A stretch of 64,000 nucleotides of DNA from Faecousia sp. (lineage in GTDB: Bacteria > Bacillota > Clostridia > Oscillospirales > Oscillospiraceae). This document shows positions 9,289 to 19,334 of the stretch, in pieces (the stretch's first letter is position 1; each line of letters starts with the position of its first letter). The translations under genes were made by a program, and so were the position numbers. The stretch spans positions 2,389 to 66,388 of the forward strand of contig JAZNPV010000094.1 in assembly GCA_045589835.1 (NCBI GenBank), read 5' to 3'. A model generated the notes under the pieces. It had not been told where the DNA came from. It did not search any database and worked only from the letters and a program-made list of their open reading frames with translations.

Positions 9289-11538
9289 ATGCGAAAGCTG
9301 ATGTGGTTCACAATCGGATTTACATGTGCGGTGGTGGCAGGTGTTTACTTAGCAAGCGGCATATGGCTTGCGATGCTTGCGCTTTTCTCCATTCTCTGCG
9401 CTGTGGGGCTTTGTATAATGAAAAGCCGCTGGAGCAGAATTGCTTCCATTGTGCTTATTGGATGCGTTGTTGGGCTTGTGTGGCTGTCCGGCTTTGACTG
9501 GCTGTATTTGTCAAATGCCAGAGCCTATGACGGAGAAACCGTAAATGCCGCGGTGACTGTCACCGACTATAGCTATGATTCCGGATACGGCACTGCCGCT
9601 GACGGTAAATTGATGCTGGACGGGAAAACCTATAAAGTGCGCCTTTATGCAAATACAGAATATGCTTTGAAACCGGGAGACACAGTACAGGGAGCATTCC
9701 GCCTGCGCTTTACCGCAGACGGCGGCGAAAAAGCGCCTACCTTCCATCAGGGAAAAGGCATTTTTCTGCTGGCTTACGGTACCGATGATGTGCAGATCAC
9801 ATACGCATCCCACGTACCAGCCAGCGGCTTTGCGGTAACATTGCGGCAGAAGATCGTGGGGATATTGGACGCAGTTTTTCCGGAAGATACGCTGGCCTTT
9901 GCCAGAGCATTGTTACTGGGTGATGACAGCCTGCTTTCCTATGAAACAGACACGGATTTTAAAATCAGCGGCATCCGCCATGTGATCGCTGTTTCCGGGC
10001 TGCATGTGTCTATCCTGTTTTCTCTTGTGTACCTGCTCTGTGGCAAACGCAGGATACTGACGGCAGTATTGGGAATACCGGTTTTGGTGCTGTTTGCGGC
10101 AGTTGCAGGCTTTACACCATCTATCGTCAGAGCCTGCATCATGCAGAGCCTGATGATCTTTGCCATGCTGATCAACAAGGAATACGATCCGCCAACGGCG
10201 CTGAGCTTTGCGGTACTTGTGATGCTTGCGGTAAATCCGCTGACGGTTACCTCCGCAAGCTTTCAGCTCTCTGTAGGCTGCATGGTGGGTATATTCCTGT
10301 TCTCCGGAAGAATCCGCGCCTATCTTCTGGACGAAAAGCGATTTGGCCCATCAAAGGGCAAATCGTTAAAAGCAAAGCTTACAAGATGGACAACAGGCAG
10401 CATCAGCATGACGCTGGGCGCTATGGCCACGACCACACCGCTGTGTGCCTACTATTTCGGCACGGTCAGTCTGGTGGGAATCCTTACCAATCTGCTGACC
10501 CTGTGGGTCATATCCTTTGTATTTTACGGGATCATGGCAGCCTGTATTGCAGGCGTAATTTGGATTCCTTTGGGCAGTTGCATTGCATGGGTAGTGTCGT
10601 GGCCCATCCGGTACGTACTGATGGTTGCCCGGATTCTTGCTTCTTTTCCGTTGGCAGCGGTATATACCTGCAGCGTATACATTGTTGCATGGCTGGTGTT
10701 TTGTTATGTGCTGTTGGGACTATTTCTGTGTAGCAAAAAGAAACGGCCCATTTTGCTTGCCTTCTGCGTGGCTATTGGCCTTGCGGGCGCCGTGGCCGCT
10801 GCCCGGTTGGAGGTAAAAACCGATAGCTACCGGTTTACTGTATTGGATGTGGGTCAGGGACAATGCCTTCTTCTGCAATGGGACGGAAAACATTATATGG
10901 TGGATTGCGGCGGTGATATGGATTCGGCTGCAGCAGATCTGGCCGTACAGTTACTGCTATCACAGGGTATTACGGAGCTGGACGGCCTGCTCCTGACCCA
11001 CTATGACCGGGATCACGCTGGCGGTGCGGTGATGCTGTTGTCCCGTATTGATGCAGATGCCTTGTATCTTCCGGATATTGCGGATACATCTGGTATCCGG
11101 GATGTGCTGACTGATCTGTATGCAGATAAAATCCAATGGATCGGGGAAGAAAGTACATTTACAATTCCGGACAGCGGCATTACACTGTTTTCCACAAAAG
11201 CCGTCAAAGATGATAACGAAAGCAGCATGTGTGTCTTGTTTCAGCCGGAAAACTGTGATATACTGATAACTGGTGACCGCAGCAGTACCGGCGAAAAGGC
11301 GCTGCTGGCCTATACACAGCTGCCGAAACTGGACATTCTGGTAGTAGGTCACCATGGTGCAAAGGATTCCGCCTGTATGGAACTGCTGTGGGTTACAAGG
11401 CCTGCTGTTGCAGTGATCTGCGTGGGCGCGGATAATACCTATGGGCATCCGGCGCAGGATGTACTGGAGCGGCTGGGCTTAATAGGCAGCAAAGTCCTTC
11501 GCACTGACACAGACGGAACGATTATATTCAGGGGGTGA
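9289..11538 (+). CDS. comEC: DNA internalization competence protein ComEC/Rec2
   Basis: HVIAVSGLHV competence domain; LDVGQG, THYDRDH and GHHG metallo-beta-lactamase domain. Confidence 0.93.
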   Translation: MRKLMWFTIGFTCAVVAGVYLASGIWLAMLALFSILCAVGLCIMKSRWSRIASIVLIGCVVGLVWLSGFDWLYLSNARAYDGETVNAAVTVTDYSYDSGYGTAADGKLMLDGKTYKVRLYANTEYALKPGDTVQGAFRLRFTADGGEKAPTFHQGKGIFLLAYGTDDVQITYASHVPASGFAVTLRQKIVGILDAVFPEDTLAFARALLLGDDSLLSYETDTDFKISGIRHVIAVSGLHVSILFSLVYLLCGKRRILTAVLGIPVLVLFAAVAGFTPSIVRACIMQSLMIFAMLINKEYDPPTALSFAVLVMLAVNPLTVTSASFQLSVGCMVGIFLFSGRIRAYLLDEKRFGPSKGKSLKAKLTRWTTGSISMTLGAMATTTPLCAYYFGTVSLVGILTNLLTLWVISFVFYGIMAACIAGVIWIPLGSCIAWVVSWPIRYVLMVARILASFPLAAVYTCSVYIVAWLVFCYVLLGLFLCSKKKRPILLAFCVAIGLAGAVAAARLEVKTDSYRFTVLDVGQGQCLLLQWDGKHYMVDCGGDMDSAAADLAVQLLLSQGITELDGLLLTHYDRDHAGGAVMLLSRIDADALYLPDIADTSGIRDVLTDLYADKIQWIGEESTFTIPDSGITLFSTKAVKDDNESSMCVLFQPENCDILITGDRSSTGEKALLAYTQLPKLDILVVGHHGAKDSACMELLWVTRPAVAVICVGADNTYGHPAQDVLERLGLIGSKVLRTDTDGTIIFRG

Positions 11539-11542
11539 ATCC

Positions 11543-12589
11543 ATGGCGAAGAATAATGAGCAGCCCAATGCGATGCAAGAGCTGAAGACAGCAATCCGGG
11601 AAAAGAATCCGGGCAGACTGTATTTTTTCCATGGAGAAGAGACCTTCCTTCTGCAGCACTATCTGGAGCAGCTGCGCAAGCTGCTGATTGATGAGTTGAC
11701 AGAGTCCTTTAATTTTCATAAGCTGACCACGGAGAACTTCGACATCCGCAGCTTTGCCGACGCAGTGGAAAATCTGCCTATGATGGCTGACAGCACCATG
11801 GTTTGGGTGGATGAGATCGACATTTTTAAGCTGGGTGAATCGGATCGGGAAAAAATAACGGAGATCCTCAGCGATATTCCCGAATATTGCACAGTGGTAT
11901 TCACTTATGAAACCACCCCATGGAAGCCGGATAAGCGGCTGAAAAAGCTGTGGGGTGCGGTAGACAAAAACGGAACTGTGGTGGAATTTGCCAAGCAGGA
12001 ACAACGGGATCTGATCCCGTGGGTGGCACGGCATTTTGCCGCCAACAAAAAGCGGATCACTCCGGATTTGTGTGCTTATCTGATCGACATTACCGGCGGC
12101 ACCATGACGGCACTGGCCGGAGAGATCTCCAAAATTTGCGCCTATTCCGGTGCAGACGATATACACAAAAGCGATATTGATGCGGTAACGGAGCCGGTTT
12201 TGGATGCGATGGTATTCCAGATGACCGATCTTCTGGGACAAGGCGAATACGGTGCAGCACTTGTTAAGCTGCGTACGCTGCTGAAAATGCAGCAGGAGCC
12301 CATTGCGATCTTAGGTGCCATCGGCGGCCATTTCCGTCGGTTGGGCACAGCCCGTACGCTGCTGGATAACGGCAAAACATCCACAGACCTGATGCGCCTT
12401 TGCGGCATGGGAGACTATCCGGCCCGAAAGGCCATGTCTGCCGCCGGACGTTTCTCCGGTGTCTTCTACGCCCGCACTGCGGAGCTGATACTGGAAACTG
12501 ACCGGCAGATGAAAACCTCTTACGACGAGCCGGACAGGCTGCTGGAATTGCTTGTGATGCGCTTGGCGCAGGAGGCACGGAATGATTAA
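11543..12589 (+). CDS. holA: DNA polymerase III delta subunit
   Basis: LYFFHGEE N-terminus; conserved position after comEC. Confidence 0.9.
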   Translation: MAKNNEQPNAMQELKTAIREKNPGRLYFFHGEETFLLQHYLEQLRKLLIDELTESFNFHKLTTENFDIRSFADAVENLPMMADSTMVWVDEIDIFKLGESDREKITEILSDIPEYCTVVFTYETTPWKPDKRLKKLWGAVDKNGTVVEFAKQEQRDLIPWVARHFAANKKRITPDLCAYLIDITGGTMTALAGEISKICAYSGADDIHKSDIDAVTEPVLDAMVFQMTDLLGQGEYGAALVKLRTLLKMQQEPIAILGAIGGHFRRLGTARTLLDNGKTSTDLMRLCGMGDYPARKAMSAAGRFSGVFYARTAELILETDRQMKTSYDEPDRLLELLVMRLAQEARND

Positions 12590-13166
12590 GATCCGTCAGG
12601 CCATTGTAGTAGAAGGTCGATATGATAAGAACACTTTGTCACAGGTAGTGGACGCGCCGATTTTGGAAACCTCCGGTTTTGGCATTATGAAGGATAAAGC
12701 CCAACTGGAATTGCTGCGCAAGGTGGCGAAAATGCGGGGACTGATCGTTTTTACGGACTCCGACGGGGCAGGATTTGTGATTCGCAACTTTTTGAAAAGT
12801 GCCATTGAGCCGGAGTATTTGCTTCATGCCTACATCCCGGACATTGCTGGCAAAGAACGACGTAAATCCGCACCGGGTAAAGAAGGAAAACTGGGTGTAG
12901 AGGGTATGACACCCCAAGTTATCATTGATTGTCTGCGCAGGGCCGGTGCTGACATCGAGGGTGAGGAAACAAGCCGGAAAACGCCGGAGATCACCAAAGC
13001 GGATCTGTTTGATTTGGGCCTGTCGGGCGGTTCGGACAGTAAGGCAAAACGGCTGGCATTGCTGAAAAAGCTGGAGCTGCCGGAGCATATGTCCAGCAAC
13101 GCTCTGCTGCAGGCGCTGAATCTGTTATACAGCTTAGAGCAGATAAAGCAGATAGTTGATGAATAA
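12582..13166 (+). CDS. rnmV: Ribonuclease M5-like Toprim/DUF4093 protein
   Basis: IVVEGRYD, FTDSDGAG, GVEG motifs. Confidence 0.85.
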   Translation: MIKIRQAIVVEGRYDKNTLSQVVDAPILETSGFGIMKDKAQLELLRKVAKMRGLIVFTDSDGAGFVIRNFLKSAIEPEYLLHAYIPDIAGKERRKSAPGKEGKLGVEGMTPQVIIDCLRRAGADIEGEETSRKTPEITKADLFDLGLSGGSDSKAKRLALLKKLELPEHMSSNALLQALNLLYSLEQIKQIVDE

Positions 13167-13175
13167 AAATAATTT

Positions 13176-13362
13176 GGTAAATTTCTATTTATGGCACTGC
13201 TACAAATGCTAATGTAGGGGCCGACGCCCTCGGCGGCCCGGCAGGAAAGAGTTCTGTATTTGCGATAGTTTTCGGCGAATTCGTAAGTGCGTATGGGCGG
13301 GCCGCCCAGGGCGTCGGCCCATACATATACTTATCAAACGGAGCGATAAACAGAAATTTACC
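13176..13362. repeat. Intergenic cassette with terminal inverted repeats containing an inverted REP pair (REPIN/MITE-like), copy A
   Basis: Ends GGTAAATTTCTATTTAT and ATAAACAGAAATTTACC (16/17 inverted match); internal GTAGGGGCCGACGCCCTCGGCGGCCCG at 13214 and its inverse at 13298-13324. Confidence 0.8.
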
Positions 13363-13387
13363 CATAATAAATCTTGGAGAAAGACCT

Positions 13388-15250
13388 ATGATCGATATAC
13401 AGGTCAAAAATTTAACAAAGTTTTTTGTAATCGGGGAAAACCTGCTGGAAGATTTGAGCTTTGAGGTGCAGGAGGGCGAGTGTGTTGCCATACTGGGCCG
13501 CAACGGCTGCGGTAAAACCACCCTGTTCAACATTCTGACCGGAGCCATGGATTATGACAACGGGGAAGTTTTTATCAATCCCCATAAGAAACTGGGCCTG
13601 ATTTCCCAGATCCCCCGTTTTCCGGCAGGCTACACCGTGGAAGATGTGCTGCGGGCTGCCTTTGCGTCATTGCGGAATATCCGGAAACGGATGGAGGAGC
13701 TGGAATACTGCATGGCCCAAAGGGCCGATGATGAGCTGCTGCGGGAGTATGACAGCCTTGTGAACCGTTTCCAGTCCGGCGGCGGCTACGACATGGACGT
13801 GGAGGTGGATAAGATCTGCAACGGCCTGGGTATCAGTCCGGAGCAGAGAAAGCAGGCCTTTGACAGCCTGTCCGGCGGCGAGAAGACCAGAGTGAACCTT
13901 GCCCGGTTACTGCTGGAGAAAACGGACATCCTACTGCTAGACGAGCCTACCAACCATCTGGATCTGCGAAGCGTGGAGTGGCTGGAAGGATACATCAATA
14001 GTTTCAAGGGTACGGTGCTGGCCATTTCCCATGACCGCTATTTTCTGGATCAGGTGGCTGACCGGGTCATTGAGATTGTGGACGGCCACGCGGAATTCTA
14101 TTCCGGCAACTACTCCTTCTACATTGAGGAAAAGCAGGCCCGTTTTAACCTGCAGCTGAAGCAGTATGAGCAGGAACAAGCCAAGCTGAAGCAGCTTGGC
14201 TACACGGTGGAGCGGATGAAGGGCTGGGGCATCAATAACCGCACCCTTTACCGGCGGGCTATGTCCATTCAGCACCGGATGGAGCGGATCAAAAAAACCG
14301 AACGCCCTAAAACAGAAAGGACCATGAAGGCCACCTTCGGAGAAAAGGATTTCTCCGGTGATGTGGTTTTCAAAATGAAGAACGTTTCCAAAGCCTACAG
14401 AGAAAGAACTCTGTTTTCGGATCTGGAACTGACGGTGGAGGGCGGCGAGCGGATTGCGCTTCTGGGCGATAACGGCACCGGAAAATCCACTTTTATCAAA
14501 TGCCTGCTGGGAGAGGAAACCTGTCAGGGTAAAATACAGTTCGGTCCTACGGTGAAGTGGGGCTATTTACCCCAGATTATCAAATTCAATCATCCGGAGC
14601 GCAGTCTGTACGATACCATGCTTTATGAGAAAAACTGCACCCCACAGGTCGCCCGTGACCGTCTGGGCGCATTTTTGTTCCAAGGTGAGGATGTGTTCAA
14701 AAGCGTAGGCAACCTGTCCGGCGGCGAGCAGTCCCGTCTGCGGCTGTGTATGCTGATGGATGAGAAGATCAACCTGTTGATTCTGGACGAGCCTACCAAC
14801 CATCTGGACATTGCTTCCCGGGAATGGGTGGAGGCTGCCATCGAGGAATTCGAGGGCGTGCTGCTGTTCGTGTCCCACGACCGGTACTTTATCGAAAAAT
14901 TTGCCGAGCGTATCTGGCTGCTGGAGGACGGCACCATCCGGGACTTCAAATGTGGCTATGCCAAGTACCGGTCCATTCTGGAGCATGAAGCCATGGCAAA
15001 AATCCCGGCAACCCCGGAGCCGAAGATTAAAAAAGAGAAGCCCAAGGGCGGCACAAAGGATATCGGTAAACTGGTCCGCCGTCTGGAACGGGAGATTGAA
15101 AAGCAGGAAAATGCCATTGCCCAGCTGGATACGGCCATTGAAGCAGCGGCTGCAGATTATCAGGAACTGACACGTCTACTGGGAGAAAAAGAAACGGCAG
15201 AGGCGGTTCTTATGGATCTGATGGAGCAGTGGGAAGCGGCACAGGGTTGA
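13388..15250 (+). CDS. ABC-F family ribosome-associated ATPase
   Basis: Two ABC domains (GRNGCGKTT, GDNGTGKST, LSGGE twice, DEPTNHLD twice); no TM segments; C-terminal coiled coil. Confidence 0.93.
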   Translation: MIDIQVKNLTKFFVIGENLLEDLSFEVQEGECVAILGRNGCGKTTLFNILTGAMDYDNGEVFINPHKKLGLISQIPRFPAGYTVEDVLRAAFASLRNIRKRMEELEYCMAQRADDELLREYDSLVNRFQSGGGYDMDVEVDKICNGLGISPEQRKQAFDSLSGGEKTRVNLARLLLEKTDILLLDEPTNHLDLRSVEWLEGYINSFKGTVLAISHDRYFLDQVADRVIEIVDGHAEFYSGNYSFYIEEKQARFNLQLKQYEQEQAKLKQLGYTVERMKGWGINNRTLYRRAMSIQHRMERIKKTERPKTERTMKATFGEKDFSGDVVFKMKNVSKAYRERTLFSDLELTVEGGERIALLGDNGTGKSTFIKCLLGEETCQGKIQFGPTVKWGYLPQIIKFNHPERSLYDTMLYEKNCTPQVARDRLGAFLFQGEDVFKSVGNLSGGEQSRLRLCMLMDEKINLLILDEPTNHLDIASREWVEAAIEEFEGVLLFVSHDRYFIEKFAERIWLLEDGTIRDFKCGYAKYRSILEHEAMAKIPATPEPKIKKEKPKGGTKDIGKLVRRLEREIEKQENAIAQLDTAIEAAAADYQELTRLLGEKETAEAVLMDLMEQWEAAQG

Positions 15251-15309
15251 CTAATTGAATCTATAGGACTATAATACGAAAAGATATCAAATAAGGAGCG
15301 CGAAAAACA

Positions 15310-16131
15310 ATGGGTTCTTGTAATGGTAATTGTTCCTCCTGCGGCAGCGATTGCGCTGACCGTAAGCAGGAAAGTCTGCTGGCCAACTTGAATGCGAAAG
15401 CCAGCGTTAAGAAAGTGATTGCGGTTGTTTCCGGTAAGGGCGGCGTGGGTAAGTCCACCGTCACCTCTATGCTGGCCGTCGGTATGGCCCGGAAGGGCAA
15501 GCGGGTCGGCGTGCTGGATGCAGATATTACCGGCCCCTCTGCACCTACGGCTTTCGGTGTTACCGAGTGCCGGGGTGCCACTGAGGACGGTATTTATCCT
15601 GCACTGACCCGCAGCGGCATTCAGGTCATGTCCATCAATCTGCTGCTGGACAACAGCACCGATCCGGTGGTCTGGCGCGGCCCGGTGATTGCCGGCGCGG
15701 TTAAGCAGTTCTGGACCGATGTGATCTGGGAAGATGTTGACTATCTGTTCGTGGATATGCCTCCCGGAACCGGCGACGTACCCCTGACCGTATTCCAGAG
15801 CCTGCCCATCGACGGCATTGTGATCGTTACCAGTCCTCAGGATCTGGTGTCCATGATCGTCAGCAAGGCTGTGAAGATGGCAAACATGATGCATGTGCCG
15901 GTACTGGGCTTTGTGGAGAACTACAGCTATCTGCAGTGCCCTGATTGCGGCAAGAAGATCGAAGTGTTCGGCAAGAGCAAGCTGGATGCGGTGGCTCAGG
16001 AATTTGATCTGCCGGTACTGGCCCGGCTGCCTATCGATCCCAAAGTGGCCCAGTGCTACGATAACGGCCTGATGGAAACTGTGGATTCCGAAGTAATGGC
16101 AGATGTTCTGGCCGCAGTAGAAAAGGCATAA
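15310..16131 (+). CDS. Mrp/NBP35 (ApbC) Fe-S cluster carrier ATPase
   Basis: N-terminal Cys cluster, GKGGVGKS, DMPPGTGD, CPDC. Confidence 0.93.
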   Translation: MGSCNGNCSSCGSDCADRKQESLLANLNAKASVKKVIAVVSGKGGVGKSTVTSMLAVGMARKGKRVGVLDADITGPSAPTAFGVTECRGATEDGIYPALTRSGIQVMSINLLLDNSTDPVVWRGPVIAGAVKQFWTDVIWEDVDYLFVDMPPGTGDVPLTVFQSLPIDGIVIVTSPQDLVSMIVSKAVKMANMMHVPVLGFVENYSYLQCPDCGKKIEVFGKSKLDAVAQEFDLPVLARLPIDPKVAQCYDNGLMETVDSEVMADVLAAVEKA

Positions 16132-16148
16132 CTAAAGATTACAAAAGT

Positions 16149-16187
16149 GCGAAAAGGGTCTGTTGCTTGCAACAGACCCTTTTCGCT
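16149..16187. terminator. Bidirectional terminator
   Basis: GCGAAAAGGGTCTGTTGC / GCAACAGACCCTTTTCGC between convergent genes. Confidence 0.8.
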
Positions 16188-16210
16188 TGTGAATATATAT
16201 CACAGGTTTT

Positions 16211-16477
16211 TTAAATATTGGATTCAAGCCACGCTTTCAGTGCAAGCCGGCCCTCTTCGCTCATGGGAAATGTTTCGGCCCCCTCGATGGTACTTTTCTC
16301 ATAGCAATAGAGGCCGTGCCAAAACTCCGCAGTAATGGAGCTTGCCTCCATATCCACCTCTTTTGGCGTTTTCATGACCACATTGGGCACCGCCCGAAAA
16401 CGGAACGAACCGCAGGAGCCGGTAAAGGGATTCTTCATGGCAAAGGTGTGCAGTGTGGGAAGAAAAATCTCATTCAT
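16211..16477 (-). CDS. Small hypothetical protein
   Basis: 88 aa ORF starting 1 nt after the pepF stop; co-oriented. Confidence 0.7.
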   Translation of the reverse strand: MNEIFLPTLHTFAMKNPFTGSCGSFRFRAVPNVVMKTPKEVDMEASSITAEFWHGLYCYEKSTIEGAETFPMSEEGRLALKAWLESNI

Positions 16478-16478
16478 A

Positions 16479-18281
16479 TCAGTTTACCAGCGCCTCCATC
16501 TCGTCAAGCAGCTCCCCAAACAACTGCAGTGCCTGCTCCACAGGTTCGGGGCTGGTCATATCCACACCCGCATCCTTCAGCAGCTCCATGGGGCTCTTGG
16601 AACAACCACCAGAAAGGAATTGTAAATAATCCTTTACTGCTGGCTCTCCCTCACTAAGGATTCGGCGAGACAGGGCAATAGCCGCCGCATAGCCGGTAGC
16701 GTACTGGAATACATAGTAGTCGTAATAGAAATGGGGAATTCTCGCCCATTCCACAGCGATCTGATCGTCGACCACCATATCCGGACCGAAATACTGCTCA
16801 TTGAGACGCCGGTACTCAGCACACAGTCCGTCAGCGGTCAGGGTCTGACCTGCACTTACCATACGGCCGATATTCAGTTCAAACTCTGCGAACATGGTCT
16901 GCCGGTAAAGCGTTCCCTTAAACTGCTCCAAAAAGTGGTTAATCAGGTATGCCCGCTCCTTCTTGTCCGTGGTCTTATCCAGCAGATATTCCATCAGCAG
17001 TGCTTCGTTGCAGGTGGATGCCACCTCTGCCACAAAAATCACATACTGAGAATCAATAGGATTCTGTGTCTTGTTGGACAGATAAGAGTGCAGGGCATGG
17101 CCCATCTCATGAGCCAGCGTAAACTGGCTGTCCAGCGTACCGGAGTAATTCAGCAGCACGTAGGGATGCACCGCTGCACCGGCAGAATAGGCACCGCTGC
17201 GCTTGCCCTCGTTCTGGTACACATCGATCCAGCGGTTTTCAAAGCCCCCCTGCAGCACCTTGCGGTATTCTTCACCCAAGGGTGCCAAAGAGTCATACAC
17301 CGTCTGTTTAGCCTGTGCGAACGGGATTTTTTTATCCACGTCCGCCACTAGCGGAGCGTATATATCGTAAAAATGAAGTTCGTCCACGCCCAGCAGCTTT
17401 TTCCGCAGGCGCACATAGCGGTGCATCTTGTCCATATTTTTATGAACCGTATCGATGAGGTTCAAATATACAGATGTGGGTACGTTGTTGTTATCCAGCG
17501 CCGCTTCAAAAGCATTAGGATACTTTCTTGCCTCTGCAAAAAATTTGATTTGCTTATTCTGGGCATTCAAAAGGCCTGCTGCCGTATTCTTGAAGGCTGC
17601 GAAGCCGCCGTACAGGCTTTCATAGGCATTTTTCCGCAACTGACGGTCAGCACTCTCCTGACAGGCAACAAAGGTGCCCTGACTAACAGAGTGCCTTACG
17701 CCTTTGCTGTCCACTGCATCCGGGAAAGTCAGATCCGCATCGGCAAACATGCCGTACACGTTATCCGGTGTCTGTGCCAATTCACCGGCAGCAGCCAGCA
17801 GCTTTTCTTCCGCAGGACTGAGGATGTGTTCCTTGCGGCGGCGCAAGTCCGTCAGATACCGGCGGTAACGCTCCAATGCAGGATACTCAGCGTAGAAACC
17901 GTCCAGACGTTCATCGGAAATCGCCATAATTTCCGGTGTTTCAAAGCTAAGTGCGGCGCTGAGGGCCACAACGGCGCTCATAAACCGGCCTACCATTGCC
18001 TGATAGCGGGCATCCCTGGTGTCCACATCGGATTTGCGCATACAGTAATTGCCCAAAAGATCTGCCTTTGCATCCACCTGTTCCATATTGAAAAGATAGT
18101 CGTAAAGCACTTTGGCGCTCTCTGCCAAGTGCCCTGCAAAGCCTGTCAGCATTTTTTGATCCTCTTCCAGAGTGGAAAGCTGCTGCTCCCAAGCCTCATC
18201 GCTTGCGAACATATCCTCCGTTGCCCAAGTGTCTTCCACGGAAATCTCACAACGTTTTCTGATTAAATTGGTTTTTTCCAT
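16479..18281 (-). CDS. pepF: Oligoendopeptidase F
   Basis: GKRSGAYS, TLAHEMGH, AEVAS, WARIPHFY; GGAGG RBS. Confidence 0.95.
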   Translation of the reverse strand: MEKTNLIRKRCEISVEDTWATEDMFASDEAWEQQLSTLEEDQKMLTGFAGHLAESAKVLYDYLFNMEQVDAKADLLGNYCMRKSDVDTRDARYQAMVGRFMSAVVALSAALSFETPEIMAISDERLDGFYAEYPALERYRRYLTDLRRRKEHILSPAEEKLLAAAGELAQTPDNVYGMFADADLTFPDAVDSKGVRHSVSQGTFVACQESADRQLRKNAYESLYGGFAAFKNTAAGLLNAQNKQIKFFAEARKYPNAFEAALDNNNVPTSVYLNLIDTVHKNMDKMHRYVRLRKKLLGVDELHFYDIYAPLVADVDKKIPFAQAKQTVYDSLAPLGEEYRKVLQGGFENRWIDVYQNEGKRSGAYSAGAAVHPYVLLNYSGTLDSQFTLAHEMGHALHSYLSNKTQNPIDSQYVIFVAEVASTCNEALLMEYLLDKTTDKKERAYLINHFLEQFKGTLYRQTMFAEFELNIGRMVSAGQTLTADGLCAEYRRLNEQYFGPDMVVDDQIAVEWARIPHFYYDYYVFQYATGYAAAIALSRRILSEGEPAVKDYLQFLSGGCSKSPMELLKDAGVDMTSPEPVEQALQLFGELLDEMEALVN

Positions 18282-18410
18282 AATTACCTCCAGAATTGTC
18301 CGCAAAGCATTATTGATATTATTATATCACATTCCCGGTAAATTTCAATCAAGTCAAATCTTATCTTGCAAATATTTACAAGATATGCTACAGTAGCAAA
18401 CGGTGATGTT

Positions 18411-19319
18411 ATGAAAAAGCGTTTAACAGGCAGTCTTTGTATTCTGATTGCAACTATTTTTTGGGGCTCCACCTTTGTGGCCCAAAGCGTGGGTATGGAC
18501 CATATTGGCCCCTTTACCTTTCAGGCGGTACGGTGCGCCCTTGGCGTGATCGGTATGCTGCCTGTCATTTTGATTGCAGACCGGTTCAAGCAGGATGGAA
18601 AGACCTCCCGTGCCCGCTGGAGTGACAAACAGCTGTGGAAGGCCGGTATTCTGTGCGGCATTCCGCTGTTTCTGGCCTGCAACCTGCAGCAGCTGGGTAT
18701 TGTGGATACGGATGCAGGCAAGTCCGGTTTCCTCACCGCCATGTACATTGTGATCGTTCCGATCATTGGAATTTTTCTGAAGCGGAAGCCCTCTGCCATG
18801 ATCCCTGTCAGCGTGGTGCTGGCAGTGGCCGGATTGTACTTTTTGAGTTTTGCCGGTGTACCGCAGGTCAGCACAGGCGATCTGCTGACGCTGGGCTGTG
18901 CATTTATGTTCGCTGTGCAGATCACCGTGGTGGATATTTACGTAAATTCCGTAGATGTGCTGCGGCTGAATCTGATACAGGCACTGGTATGCAGCCTGCT
19001 GTCTGCTGTTATGATGTTCCTTACGGAAACGCCCACATTGCAAACACTGCTGGATTGCTGGCTGCCCCTGTGCTATGCGGGTCTTCTGTCTATGGGTGCT
19101 GCTTATTCATTGCAGATCATCGGTCAAAAAAATCTGGAGCCGTCAGCCGCATCCCTCATCATGAGTCTGGAATCCGTTTTTGCAGTTTTATCCGGCTGGC
19201 TGGTACTGAATGAGCGGCTCAGTCCTCTGGAAGCCTTGGGCTGCGTGTTGGTGTTTGCCGCCGTGATCCTGTCCCAGATCCCGGTCAAATCCCGAAAAAC
19301 AAAAAAAGAGGTGTCGTAA
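18411..19319 (+). CDS. DMT/EamA family transporter
   Basis: IFWGSTFVAQ, about 10 TM helices, two EamA halves. Confidence 0.9.
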   Translation: MKKRLTGSLCILIATIFWGSTFVAQSVGMDHIGPFTFQAVRCALGVIGMLPVILIADRFKQDGKTSRARWSDKQLWKAGILCGIPLFLACNLQQLGIVDTDAGKSGFLTAMYIVIVPIIGIFLKRKPSAMIPVSVVLAVAGLYFLSFAGVPQVSTGDLLTLGCAFMFAVQITVVDIYVNSVDVLRLNLIQALVCSLLSAVMMFLTETPTLQTLLDCWLPLCYAGLLSMGAAYSLQIIGQKNLEPSAASLIMSLESVFAVLSGWLVLNERLSPLEALGCVLVFAAVILSQIPVKSRKTKKEVS

Positions 19320-19334
19320 GACACCTCTCTTTTT
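19301..19334. terminator. Bidirectional terminator between the DMT gene and udp
   Basis: AAAAAAAGAGGTGTC-GTAA-GACACCTCTCTTTT. Confidence 0.8.

Noticed and set aside
13189-13548. 119-aa minus-strand ORF across cassette A
   Set aside because: Antisense to the ABC-F start and runs through REP palindromes; no transposase motifs
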